From assembly GCA_032718475.1 (NCBI GenBank), contig JAUCBJ010008853.1, forward strand, positions 3,098 through 67,097: 64,000 nucleotides of DNA, in the 5' to 3' direction. The notes below the pieces were generated by a model. That model saw nothing but the letters and a program-made list of their open reading frames with translations, made no database searches and was not told where the DNA came from. This DNA comes from Nemertoderma westbladi. Taxonomy: Eukaryota > Animalia > Xenacoelomorpha. The position numbers and the translations under genes are program-made. Shown here piece after piece: positions 39,066-51,468 of the stretch. Position 1 is the first letter of the stretch. Every line of letters begins with the position of its first letter.

Positions 39066-39908
39066 ATGTACAGTAGACATAATGTACAGTAGATATAATG
39101 TACAGTAGACATAATGTACAGTAGACATAATGTACAGTAGACATAATGTACGTACAGTAGAAATAATGTACAGTAGACATAATGTACAATAGACATAATG
39201 TACAGTAGACATAATGTACAGTAGACATAATGTACAGTAGACATAATGTACATTAGACATAATGTACGTACAGTAGAGATAATGTACAGTAGACATTATG
39301 TACAGTAGACATAATGTACAGTAGACATAATGTACAGTAGACATAATGTACAGTAGACATAATGTACAGTAGACATAATGTACAGTATAAATAATGTACA
39401 GTATACATAATGTACAGTGAACATAATGCACAGTAGACATAATGTACAGTAGACATAATGTACAGTAGACATAATGTACAGTAGACATAATGTACAGTAG
39501 ACATAATGTACAGTAGACATAATGTACAGTAGAAATAATGTACAGTATACATAATGTACAGTAGACATAATGTACAGTAGACATAATGTACAGTATACAT
39601 AAAGTACAGTATACATAATGTACAGTAGACATAATGTACAGTAGACATAATGTACAGTCGACATAATGTGCAGTAGACATAATGTACAGTAGACATAATG
39701 TACAGTAGACATAATGTACAGTAGACATAATGTACAGTAGAAATAATGTACAGTAGACATAATGTACAGTAGACATAATGTACAGTATACATAATGTACA
39801 TTAGACATAATGTACAGTATACATAATGTACAGTAGACATAATGTACAGTAGACATAATGTACAGTAGACATAATGTACAGTAGACATAATGTACAGTAG
39901 AAATAATT
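39066..39908. repeat. 16-bp satellite (GACATAATGTACAGTA)n, left arm
   Basis: About 50 highly homogeneous units. Confidence 0.98.
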
Positions 39909-42012
39909 TACGATTTTGCGATTTGATAATAATTTGCGATCATCTACTGTATCCGGGAGGATTTACAGGAGGTTGGGGGTGACGTGCAGCTCTGTCTTGG
40001 CCAGAAGGCCGGGATAGAGTTCGCCATCCACAGCCTCAACGACGCCTTCGACAGCGATGATTGCGACGCGGTGTTACAGATAGACGCCACCAATGCTTTC
40101 AACGTTCTAAACCGCCAGGCAGCGATCCATAACATCCGGTCTGTCTGTCCCTCGCTGGCCACCGTCGTCACCAACTGCTACAGTCGCCCCTCACGGCTGT
40201 ATGTGGATGGGGAGTTTATCCTCTCAGAGGAAGGCTCCACACAGGGTGACCCGGTGGCCATGCCGATGTTTGGCGGCTCGATGATGCCACTTATAATCAA
40301 GTTAAGGGAACTGTGCGACATCATCCAGCGTTGGTTCGCGGATGATGGGAACGCGGCAGGGAAACTTGCGGAGCTCCGCAAGTTTTGGGACATTGTATCG
40401 AAAGAAGGTCCGCTTTACGGCTATTTCCCTTCGAAATGCCATCTAACTGTCAAACCAGGGAAACTAGCCGAGGCGGAGGCGTTGTTTGCGGGGACAGGGG
40501 TGGTGATAAACACCGTGGGCCACGAACTCCTGGGCGGCGTTATAGGGAGTGAGGGATTCAGGGGTGAGTTCCTGGACCGGATGGTGGATGAGTTCGCTGC
40601 CCAGGTCGACCGTATCTCCGACATCGCGGCGGTCGACCCCCACTGCGCGTACGCGGGGCTGGTGTTCGGGTTGTCGTGTCGGTGGCGGTACGTCTCGAGG
40701 GTCGTCCCGGGCGCCACCGAACACTTCGCTAAGCTGGAGGAGGCGGTGACGCGGTTCCTCTGTCGCCTCACCAACCGCCCCGCTATCTCCCCGGAGGAAC
40801 GCCAGCTCCTCTCCCTACCGGTTCGCCTGGGAGGTCTGGGAGTCCCGGTAACCAGGGATCTCGACTCCCAATATAGGAACTCCCGGGCGATATGTGAACC
40901 CTTCCGCCAGCCAACCTCCCCCATGATGTCCCAGGTCAGGGAGGACCAGAAGCGGGTGCTGTCGGCGCTAAAGGCCGATACCGCTCAGAGAATAAAATCG
41001 AGAACGGAGGAGGTCAACAGCATTATATCCGTAGAACAACGGAAGTTATGCGAATTAACTTCGGAGAAGGGGGCGTCTACTTGGCTTAACACCAAGCCAC
41101 TGAGTCATCTAGAAACTCACCTGGACAAGGAGGAGTTCAGAGACGCCCTCTGTCTGCGGTACGGGTGGTCGCCGAAGAACCTCCCATCTCGTTGTGCCTG
41201 TGGGGAGCGATTTTCCGCTTCTCATATCCTGTCGTGCCCCACTGGAGGGTTTCCCTCTATAAGGCACAACGAGATCCGAGACTTCGTCGCCGACTCCCTG
41301 ACCGAGGTGGCTCACAATGTGGCTGTTGAGCCAATGCTCCTGCCACTGTCGGGTGAGCAGTTCACCCTCCGATCCACCTCGACCGACCAGCAAGCGAGAC
41401 TGGACGTTTCGGTGAGCGGATTCTGGGGCAACCGCTTCCAGAAGACGTTCATCGACGTCTCAGTCTTCAACCCGCTGGCCGCCACCAACGCCGCCATGAC
41501 GTTGGACGCCGCCCATCGCCACCATGAAGACCGGAAGGCCAGGAAGTATGAGGAGCGAGTGAGGGAAGTTGAACACGGCAACTTCACTCCCCTCATCTTC
41601 ACGGCCTTCGGTGGGATGGCTCCAACCGCCACCCAGTTCGTCTCCCGCCTCGCGCACAAGATCGCCGATAAGCGGGAGATCCGTTACTCAGATAGCGTGA
41701 CCTGGGTGCGCCGGCATCTCAGTTTCGCCCTCCTCCGTTCCTCCCTCCTCTGTCTGCGGGGGTGTCGGTCGGCAGCGCGCCGCCCTGTGCGCTGCAATAT
41801 CGCCGACACCTCCATCCGTCTGACCAACGCAGCAGTGGACACTACCGGTACTATTAACTAACTGCAAACTGAAAACTGCAGAAGACAGGCAAATAGGCCC
41901 TCACTACCCTACTGTACATATTCAAATGTTGTCCAAGTATTGCCGTGTGTATATAGTTTCTTGAGTTATTTTTATAATATAATATACGTTACAAAAAAAA
42001 AAAAAAAAAAAA
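39909..42012 (+). mobile_element. 5'-truncated CRE-clade (restriction-like endonuclease) non-LTR retrotransposon
   Basis: GC-rich ORF, short 3' UTR, poly(A) tail at ~41993-42012, satellite on both sides. Confidence 0.92.
39984..41861 (+). CDS. RT + zinc knuckle + RLE endonuclease ORF (N-terminally truncated; frame open from ~39933)
   Basis: QLCLGQ.AGIE, IDATNAFN, GSTQGDP, WFADD, LPVRLGGLG, CACG..HILSC, RHNEIRD, RLDV..FIDV, RKARKY, FTAFGGM. No stops. Confidence 0.93.
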   Translation: MQLCLGQKAGIEFAIHSLNDAFDSDDCDAVLQIDATNAFNVLNRQAAIHNIRSVCPSLATVVTNCYSRPSRLYVDGEFILSEEGSTQGDPVAMPMFGGSMMPLIIKLRELCDIIQRWFADDGNAAGKLAELRKFWDIVSKEGPLYGYFPSKCHLTVKPGKLAEAEALFAGTGVVINTVGHELLGGVIGSEGFRGEFLDRMVDEFAAQVDRISDIAAVDPHCAYAGLVFGLSCRWRYVSRVVPGATEHFAKLEEAVTRFLCRLTNRPAISPEERQLLSLPVRLGGLGVPVTRDLDSQYRNSRAICEPFRQPTSPMMSQVREDQKRVLSALKADTAQRIKSRTEEVNSIISVEQRKLCELTSEKGASTWLNTKPLSHLETHLDKEEFRDALCLRYGWSPKNLPSRCACGERFSASHILSCPTGGFPSIRHNEIRDFVADSLTEVAHNVAVEPMLLPLSGEQFTLRSTSTDQQARLDVSVSGFWGNRFQKTFIDVSVFNPLAATNAAMTLDAAHRHHEDRKARKYEERVREVEHGNFTPLIFTAFGGMAPTATQFVSRLAHKIADKREIRYSDSVTWVRRHLSFALLRSSLLCLRGCRSAARRPVRCNIADTSIRLTNAAVDTTGTIN

Positions 42013-43632
42013 GACATAATGTACAGTAGACATAATGTACAGTAGACATAATGTACAGTAGACATAATGTACAGTATACATAATGTACAGTAGACATAAT
42101 GTACAGTAGACATAATGTACAGTATACATAATGTACAGTAGACATAATGTACAGGAGACATAATGTACAGTAGACATAATGTACAGTAGACATAATGTAC
42201 AGTAGACATAATGTACAGTAGACATAATGTACAGTATACATAATGTACAGTAGAAATAATGTACAGTAGACATAATGTACAGTAGACATAATGTACAGTA
42301 GAAATAATGTACAGTAGAAATAATGTACAGTAGACATAATGTACAGTAGACATAATGTACAGTAGACATAATGTACAGTAGACATAATGTACAGTAGACA
42401 TAATGTACAGTATACATAATGTACAGTAGACATAATGTACAGTATACATAATGTACAGTAGACATAATGTACAGTATACATAATGTACAGTAGACATAAT
42501 ATACAGTAGACATAATGTACAGTAGACATAATGTACAGTAGACATAATGTACAGTAGAAATAATGTACAGTAGAGATAATGTACAGTAGACATAATGTAC
42601 AGTAGACATAATGTACAGTAGACATAATGTACAGTCGACATAATGTACATTATACATAATGTACAGTAGAAGTAATGTACAGTAGACATAATGTACAGTA
42701 GACATAATGTACAGTATACATAATGTACAGTATACATAATGTACAGTATACATAATGTACAGTATACATAATGTACAGTAGACATAATGTACAGTAGACA
42801 TAATGTACAGTAGACATAATGTACAGTAGAAATAATGTACAGTAGAGATAATGTACAGTAGACATAATGTACAGTAGACATAATGTACAGTAGACATAAT
42901 GTACAGTAGACATAATGTACAGTATACATAATGTACAGTAGACATAATGTACAGTATACATAATGTACAGTAGAAATAATGTACAGTAGACATAATGTAC
43001 AGTAGACATAATGTACAGTAGACATAATGTACAGTAGACATAATGTACAGTAGACATAATGTACAGTATACATAATGTACAGTAGACATAATGTACAGTA
43101 TACATAATGTACAGTAGACATAATGTACAGTAGACATAATGTACAGTAGACATAATGTACAGTAGACATAATGTACAGTAGAAATAATGTACAGTAGAGA
43201 TAATGTACAGTAGACATAATGTACAGTAGACATAATGTACAGTAGACATAATGTACAGTAGACATAATGTACAGTATACATAATGTACAGTAGACATAAT
43301 GTACAGTATACATAATGTACAGTAGACATAATGTACAGTAGACATAATGTACAGTAGACATAATGTACAGTAGACATAATGTACAGTAGACATAATGTAC
43401 AGAAGACATAATATACAGTAGACATAATGTACAGTAGACATAATGTACAGTAGACATAATGTACAGTAGACATAATGTACCGTAGACATAATGTACAGTA
43501 GAAATAATGTACAGTAGACATAATGTACAGTAGACATAATGTACAGTAGACATAATGTACAGTAGAAATAATGTACAGTAGAAATAATGTACAGTAGATA
43601 TAATGTACAGTAGAGATAATGTACAGTAGAAA
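42013..43632. repeat. 16-bp satellite (GACATAATGTACAGTA)n, right arm
   Basis: About 100 units directly after the poly(A) tail. Confidence 0.98.
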
Positions 43633-43919
43633 AGGTAAAGAAAGAATTGCGTATAAAAGAAATAAAAAGAACTTACAATATTTATCTTATGCTATAATTA
43701 AATTTACCAAAAAGGAAAATAAGGCGAAGGTAAGAACATACTGTAGAACAAATTAAATCTTATAATAAAAGTGGCGAAAATAAGAATATGATGTACAGTA
43801 GAAAAGGTAAAGAATTGCGGAAGTAGATTAATTTCTTTCAGCGTACATGTAAATAAATGTTTATAGGTTATACTACTACTACTACTAATATAATAGTACA
43901 TATAGTTATTCGATGAATT

Positions 43920-45480
43920 TTAGTTTTGATTCTCTATGGTGCAACCGATGTTAAGTACTTCTGACTGCCCCGTGTATTTTAGAAAATGGTATCTGATGGA
44001 ACGAGGGTCCTCCATAAATAGTTGCAGCATTTGCTTCTGAGCCGCCAGAGTTTGATGCTGTCTCGATGCAAAGAAACAGTTCTCGACCCAGACGTTTATA
44101 TACTTCTTCACTAGTTAACATTATCTGAAATAAAAAAAATATTGGTTCTGTGTAGTCCGAAATATGCTACTTGTGGACGAGAAATGTTTTAATAAATAAT
44201 AATTACATAGAAATTATGATATATTTCAGGGCTAGCGTCGGGACGGTACTGGAGTACAGAATAAAAAGAGCATGAAGATAGGAAAAGTCAGTTCAGTATA
44301 ATGGGGCGAGCCACGACGTCAGTTGAGTTAGAGGCGCCAGTTCTCTTGATTGTGTTGGCTATGATAATGTTAAATTGAACTCATTTGAATAAAATAAATC
44401 ACTTAATTACAGTAGGGTGAACATATTTAGGAAATATTTAACTTAATTTAAGTTATTCTCAACTCAATTAATATTTGATTTTATATTCATGAATTATAAT
44501 AAGAAATTTGCTCCCGATTTAAATATTCAGTAACCTTAATGTGAGTTGGTTCGTCCAGAGTACAATTCCAGGTTAGTCCGGTTGTGGCAGTGGTCACCTT
44601 AAACCACAGTCTTCACTGTGGTCTCATCAGACACTACAAGTTTCACTATCCGTGAAGAATCGATTGATCCACTACTAGTTACTAGTTTCAGAGAGCAAAC
44701 ACCATATTCACTCAGATCTCCAAACATAAATTGTAGAAACTGTAACTTTAGCTTCGAGAACAAGGTGTCCGCGCCCAGGTTGAAGTCTGGTAAAAGTTGC
44801 GGGTCGTTCTGAATAGCTTTCTGAACGTGGTCGAGATTTTGAACATATAAGTCAAACCAAACCTGAAAATTAGTTAATTATAATAAATTACTACAGTAGA
44901 AAGCTTGATATAAATGCTTGCTCTCAGTAAGTCAGTTGGGGTATAAAAAGTACTTATTGCCAGTGTGGTCCCCCAGATCTATACTCCCCAGCGGAAACTC
45001 CAGTAAAAATTCAACGCATCCACTGCAGTGGGGTGGGAACTCTTGACCCAATCAAAATTCATACCTCTACGGAGGAAAATCAACACAAATAATAGCTTTT
45101 AACTCACAAAAATAAGATTGTATTCTGTTATATTGATCGTCTGAAAAAACGACATGTAATGTGGGGAGAGTTAATAAGATGGACGAAGGTCGACACCCTC
45201 AAACAGTCCAGTCATTCCCTAATAATACACACCTGAAGAAGGCCTCTATTTGAGGCAGAAAGGTTGTAAAGATATTATTTATTTTTCTATTTGTGGGTGT
45301 CGACCTTGGTCCGTCTTTAACTGTTCTATTGACTGCAGTTATTGTTTTGGTTAGAATAACATTCCACTGTAACCTGCTGCTTTCCCTAAATTGGTAATAT
45401 AACAATGAGGCGAGATATTAATTCGCCAGATGACTATTTAACCATACTTGATTGGCCTATCATGTTTAGACATCGTAGAA
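43920..45480 (-). pseudogene. Possible decayed spliced gene of unknown function
   Basis: Minus-strand TTTCAG acceptors at ~44126, ~44863 and ~45141, each followed by exon-like sequence (e.g. VWFDLYVQNLDHVQKAIQND...). Confidence 0.3.
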
Positions 45481-45699
45481 ACACAACTAAATTATTTGGG
45501 GTGATGAGGTGAGCACCAAAGAGGTGCACGCTGCCTTTGAAGACTTTAGCACTAACCTGAAATTCATGCTTTCCAGCAGCAAAGTAACTCGGACCAGCAA
45601 TCGCATGTATTGGTGTAGTTGAATGTGAGGAACTGTAATCACCAGCAGCTAATGATAAAAGTAATTCAAAGTCTAGGCACTCTGCTAGAATTTTTGTAC

Positions 45700-48013
45700 A
45701 TTACACCTGTTCAAACTACTGCTGATCCTTTCGCCCAAATCCTTTGCTAGCTGCCTCTGTTATCCTCCTCGGAATCTTCCAAAGAGCGCGCTGTCCAGGT
45801 GTACACCTTTGTAGTTGTCTTTCGTTTGGCCCCACTTCTATCTGATGGTTGCCCTTCAGTATTTGCAACCTCAGTAATCAACCAGCCATCAACAAGTTCT
45901 ATATCTTTGTACTTCATCGCCTTCAAATCGTTCAAGTTATTAGCCAATATGCCGACATCGTTGAAGGTATGTGTGAGTTCCCTGTACATGGCCAAGAGAC
46001 GATTGCCGTATCGAACTGTCTTCCAGTGGAAGAAATCTACGACTGGCTCAACATCATTAGCTAAAAACAGAATAACAACTATCAGCGCAGAAAACCCAAA
46101 ACAATTTTTCACCACCCGCAGATGATAAACTAATTTATCGATCAGTGGGTGGTGAAAAATATGTTGTTGTTTAAAGTTTCAAAAAGTTAAACATGTAAAA
46201 ATTCAAGAATATAGTGAGTGATCTGACATCCATTTCAATTATTCAGATGAAATGTTAAGATTGATTACTAGGATATATTATGGAATCCCTCCAGATTCCT
46301 TCATCAGATGTATAACCAATTCTATAAAAACTAAATATTATTATATATTTTTATGTATAAGCGAAAAACATGACGTGTGGTGATAAATTTAATTGACTAA
46401 CCTCACACAAAGGTTCCATTATCACTTGCATCGCCAGTAAATCGTATACATAATCTTGTCCGAGTATTTCATACTACAGTGTCAATATCCTTGTTTGGAT
46501 ACATCTGGTGAAACGTTGTTGCATAAATTTTAAATCCCTTTGTAATTTTCCTCCACTGATCTATGTCTGAGCTTGTAAATCGCTGTGTTGCGTATGGTAC
46601 AACTACCACAACTTGCTCTTCCATTTCTTTGGCAACTGCTTCCATATGAGCAAAGCCTTTACCCCGTGAGAACAGTTTGTTGAACTTGTTGCTGCTTCCA
46701 ATAAATGATAGGAAATGATCCTTGCTGCCAATGAGGCCATCACGAACATCCTGCACAACCAAATCGAGAAAATGAGCTAAATCCCAAATGACAGGTTCTA
46801 GCTCGTCCATGCGTCACTGCCACGACCTGTGCGTTATTGAATTCTGGTTTTAAATGCCTCACTCTGGTATTGCCCATCAGCAGTTGTGCCCATGTAGTAC
46901 TGTATTTCCTCCAAATCTAACCCTAAATTGTTTTCCAAACAAATTCATAAATAGATCAGCTAAGTCTTTTGACCCACCTGCAGTTAATAATACAGCTGAT
47001 GGAAGAAGCGAGGTAACTGGATCAATGGTGTCTTCATCGCCTTCATCCTCATCTGACTCAACTTCGTCTATTAATAGATATCTGTCATGCGAGTGGTAAA
47101 CCAATGGAGCTGCAACTGGAATGGAGCACCGCCTACCATCGACTAAAAAGGCAATTAAAATTGTAAAATAACTCGAGTCTCCTTCATTATACACTTTAGA
47201 GCCAACTGTAAAATTATGTTTAGCTGTTTGCGCCCATGACAAATATTACCAACATTAACTCCACAGGAAGATGGAAGAGAAATTAATGTTTCATAGTGAC
47301 AAGAAGCTGCTTTGACGCGCACATCTGGAAATGCAGCACGGACCAAATTCTGCATGATTGAATGCGAGAGATCACTTCGTTGTTTCTCCTTTGGAACGCT
47401 CTTCTGTAGCAGTGAAATGTTGCCTGCCATGATGCAAACTACTTATGCCAAGCAAATGACAACGTAAAAGTGAATTTAATCGCCTCCACGTACTTGTCTT
47501 TCCGCCTATAGCATCTCCTGTTTCCAACTTACCAATCCACATTCCACCTACTGGTGTACCTCTTGTCATCGGGGATAAATTCTGTGCACTTGTCGTTGAG
47601 TTAATTTCTGCTGGGTCTTTCCCATGGAAAAATGAAAAGCACGTCTCACAGCATATAACACTTTCTCCTGTTTCATTGGAAATGAAAAATTATATATCCG
47701 TAGCCCTAGAAACTTCCACAATGTTGCTCAGTTTAATCCACTTGTCTAGATCGGTAATGGTTGACCCAATAGAGTCCGATATTGGATGTTCTTCTGTGGT
47801 GCTCGGAGACTGCTCCCGCAAAATTGGAAAAGTGGCAGACATTTTCTCAATTAGAATTTCAACCAGTTGGTCGATATTTGTTTGGGAATCACAAATTGCT
47901 GAAGGTAACTTTCGATCCTGAGCAGTAAATCGAGATATTGTTGTCTGTACTAATTCAACAGGTTCAACAGGTGGGGGTGGGGGTGACTCGAAAAGCACAT
48001 CATCCCGAATCAT
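45700..48013 (-). pseudogene. hAT-like transposase pseudogene with N-terminal TTF-type zinc finger
   Basis: CCETC...WRRL..CHL..LH, HYETLI, DGQY, WDLAHFLDL, TQRF motifs across frameshifted ORFs. Confidence 0.6.
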
Positions 48014-48067
48014 GCATGCCCGAGGTCGACTTCAGTAACAGACACTTCGTCAGGTTCAATGTCAATG

Positions 48068-48128
48068 CCAGATATGTTTGATATGGACCCAGATATGTTT
48101 GATATGGACCCAGATATGTTTGATATGG
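48068..48128. repeat. 21-bp tandem repeat (CCAGATATGTTTGATATGGAC) x3
   Basis: Direct observation. Confidence 0.9.
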
Positions 48129-48279
48129 GTGACGTTGCTTGTGGTGATGAAAAAATAATAACCCCTGTCTTTGATTCCTTTTGTTTTACGCGATCATTTC
48201 GTTCTAAAACAATAAATATATTATAAGCCTGATAACAATGCGGTCTTCTTTATTAGATTCCTATTAGATTACTAGATGA

Positions 48280-48861
48280 TAGTGGCAATGGTGGTATTGT
48301 TCTATTGATGAATCCCACTGCACATGCAGCATTGGACAAATTAGACCAAATCTCCAACCGCATCATCCGTTGCCACTTCTCATGTTCTGGAAGACTGGCT
48401 AAGAAGTTTCCTAAGGTGGTTCTGATTGTGTGCTACTCTCCAACTAGTGTTGCCCCTGTAGAGGAGGTGGAAAAGTTCTACCACAATCTACAAGCAGCTA
48501 CTGATGGAGTGGATCAGCATGCATTCTTAACATTCCTTGGAGACTTTAATGCAAGTCTGCATCAATCACCTACATCGCCCTGGGTCTATAGCAATAGTGC
48601 TAACCGAAATTCCGTCCATCTTCAGGATTTTATCTCTGGAAATGGATTGTTTTCGGCTGGAACCCAGTTCAAGAAGCGAACTGGAAAGCTATGGACTCAT
48701 AGTGGACCCAGTGGTCACAAGTCCCAGATAGACCATATTCTGTTTCGTAGGAAATACAGGAGCTCTATGCAAGACTGTAGTGCATTTACACTTCGACCCT
48801 TCTCCAGTGATCACCGCCTTATTGTGGCCAAGGTAAGACTTAGTCTGCGTGTTAGCAGAAC
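48280..48861 (+). pseudogene. RTE-type LINE APE endonuclease, interrupted by element 3
   Basis: ISNRII, VCYSPT, LGDFNA, WTH, QIDHIL, SDHRLIVAKVRLSLR; the frame is cut by the LTR at 48862. Confidence 0.9.
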
Positions 48862-49442
48862 TGTGACGGGATCCGAGAATCCCGATTTATCCGGTGGTTA
48901 TCTTATCTACGCGTCCCCGCCGTGTGTGTGTGAAAAAGAGTTCTTGAGTTGTTGACTGATCGGTATGTATAAATATAGGGTATAATACAATCGAATAAAG
49001 TGTAACACAGTTGATTGATGATAACTAAAGTGTACCGATAAAATAGCTGAAAGATGGTGGTGGCAGTAGACGGTGATAAGAGTTCCCGTTCTGCCCTAAC
49101 TAACTGACTAACTAAAGTGAATGAAATGACACAGCAACTGGTAATATATTGCACTGGTTGGCCGTATTACATTACTCAGTGGATGCCTGCCCCCCATTGG
49201 CTAATAACCCAATTCTCGCCCTCCCATCTCTCTGGGAGTGTTTCCCCCTGCTGCTATCACTATCTCCCTCCCGGAGGTGTAACCTCTGACCCCCGCTGTG
49301 TGTGTTCCCTTGGGGTTTGTCGCCCCGTTTATTGGGGTGATACGAGGTTGATTGGCAATCAACCTCGTACTCCCAATATTGCTTAAAGCTCCTGTTTGGC
49401 CAACTCTGTGTGGGGTGGTTAGCGGAATTGAATACGCTAACA
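48862..49442 (-). repeat. 3' LTR of element 3 (581 bp)
   Basis: TGTGAC...GCTAACA; PPT GGGGGGAG (minus, 49443-49450); candidate CCAAT (~49198), TATA-like (~49145) and Inr. Confidence 0.9.
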
Positions 49443-49730
49443 CTCCCCCCATGCTATCTTCCCGGTGAGAAGATAGCATCCACCTCTAGTGCGCTACAAT
49501 TCCGCTGGATCCTGATCTACTATCGGGTGTGGGGTGGAATTATTTTTTCCGGAGCCGGCTTTCCAGGCCGCTCCCTATGGGTATGATATCGCTACCCTGT
49601 TTTCCTGGCGTCCCGTGTCGGGCCGATCGTGCGCTTCTCTCACACGATTTTTGTTTCCCCAAAACCTTCGCCACTCTAGCTCCACTCTACTCTCACCCTG
49701 ACTCTCCTCTACTTCTCTTCACTCCCTCTC
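49443..49730 (-). repeat. PPT plus 3' UTR block, copy 1
   Basis: Near-identical to 50269-50555. Confidence 0.9.
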
Positions 49731-49789
49731 TTCACTCTTCACTCTTTATTTTATCACGACTTTTAATTCTTTCTTCGTGATCATTGTGG

Positions 49790-50268
49790 AATGCTGTAAA
49801 GAGTTCTGGTGTTATTGATTCTCCGATATGTATAATGTGAGATATATATAAGGGTATAAGGATATAGTATAAAATGGATACGGTATAAGTAATATCTAAT
49901 AATAATGGTGGTAGGCGAGGATGGTCTTAGAAGTCTCCGCTCTACCCTAGCTAACCGACTAACACAATGAGATAACTGAAATAACTGATTACTGTCAACT
50001 GGTTATATTGCACGGGTTGGCCTTGTTACTGTACCTAGCCGGTGCCTCCCTCCCATTGGCTAATATCCCTGTTGGCGCCCTTTGGAGTGTTTCCCCTCAC
50101 TCCTGCTATTCTCCCTCGGTCAGGGGTTTGGCCCCTGACCCTTATTGTGTGTTCCTCCTTCCCATTTTATTGGGGTGGCACGAGATTGGGTATCCAACCT
50201 CGTGGCCCCCAATATTGCTTAACGGCTTACTTTATGGGTTCGTGTTAGCGGAATTGGATAAGCTAACA
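49790..50268 (-). repeat. Internal, diverged, U5-truncated second LTR of element 3
   Basis: Colinear with ~48930-49442 but clearly diverged; ends GCTAACA with its own PPT. Confidence 0.85.
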
Positions 50269-51468
50269 CTCCCCCCCATGCTATCTTCCCGGTGAGATGA
50301 TAGCATCCTCCTAAAGTGCGCTACAATTCCGCTGGATCCCGATCTAGCATCGGGTGTGGGGTGGAACTATTTTCTCTCGGAGCCGGCTTTCCAGGCCGCT
50401 CCCTATGGGTATGATATCACTACCCTGTTTTCCTGGCGTCCCGTGTCGGGCCGATCGTGCGCTTCTCTCACACGATTTTTGTTTCCCCAAAACCTTCGCC
50501 ACTCTAGCTCCACTCTACTCTCACCCTGACTCTCCTCTACTTCTCTTCACTCCTGCTCTAACCCTCGGACCTCCTTGTCCCTCACTCTGCCTCTTACTCC
50601 TCCCCCCCCACACTTGAATTGCACCCGCACTCTCTTCGTGCTATCACTCGACCCCTATCTCAACCACTCACTCCTGGCGAGCCTCACCCCCCTCCTGTGC
50701 CGTCGCACTCAAGAAGTGTGAAGTTGTCCAGCATCTCGTTTGTCATAGTCAATTGTTCCCCAGTCCCAGTAGCTAATTGGAAAAAGGTTGTATGACTATA
50801 GTACTTACTTTGATTGTATTTTCTTGCTAAACTAATGATTGTTTCGAACGTACATACTAATTGCACTTTTCAATTATTTAAATTATTTGAATTTGTACTT
50901 AGGAGTTCGCACGTCTCACGTGGTGCCTTCCAGGCATACCACATCGAAGTCTTAGTTCGTTCCACCTGTCTTTGGGAACCACCTCAACTCTTTCCCTCTG
51001 TCGTCCTCCTCCCTTGGTCGTTTCCTGGCCGCTGCCGCTCCTTTGGTCTTATCTCCCTTCAGGCTCCTGACCCTCGCCGTCACCTCTCTACTAATCCCGG
51101 TCGTTGACTCCTTGGGCGCTGGTGTTATTAGCTCCCGGTATCGCTTCGCGGGTGGCCCCTCCGAGTGGCCCTGTTGTTTCCCCCTGGTGGCGTCCCATGG
51201 GATCACTTTCATCGCCCGCGGCACATGCTCCGCCAAGAAATCTCTGAACTCCTGTCCACCTGTCCAAATACCTCTGCGTATTTATCACCACGGCATACGA
51301 CGCCGCCGTCGCTACCTCCTGGTAGGTAAACGGAAGTCTCCGTTTGATAATCTCCAAGTGGGCCTCCTGGTTGATATTGAAGAAGCCCCACCGGAACTCC
51401 TGGGCCTTCATACGTTGCCGAGTCATGGCCCCGAAGTTGGCCCACTCCTCAAAGATCCTAAACTTATC

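Noticed and set aside
39030-43553. Long ORFs (up to 543 aa) of MSTVHYVYCTLCLLYI repeats
   Set aside because: Artefact of a 16-bp satellite with no stop codons on the minus strand; open in all three frames.
44595-44640. Minus-strand CTGATGA followed by a perfect hairpin (hammerhead-like)
   Set aside because: TAAG replaces the required GAAA and there is no convincing stem III or cleavage triplet.
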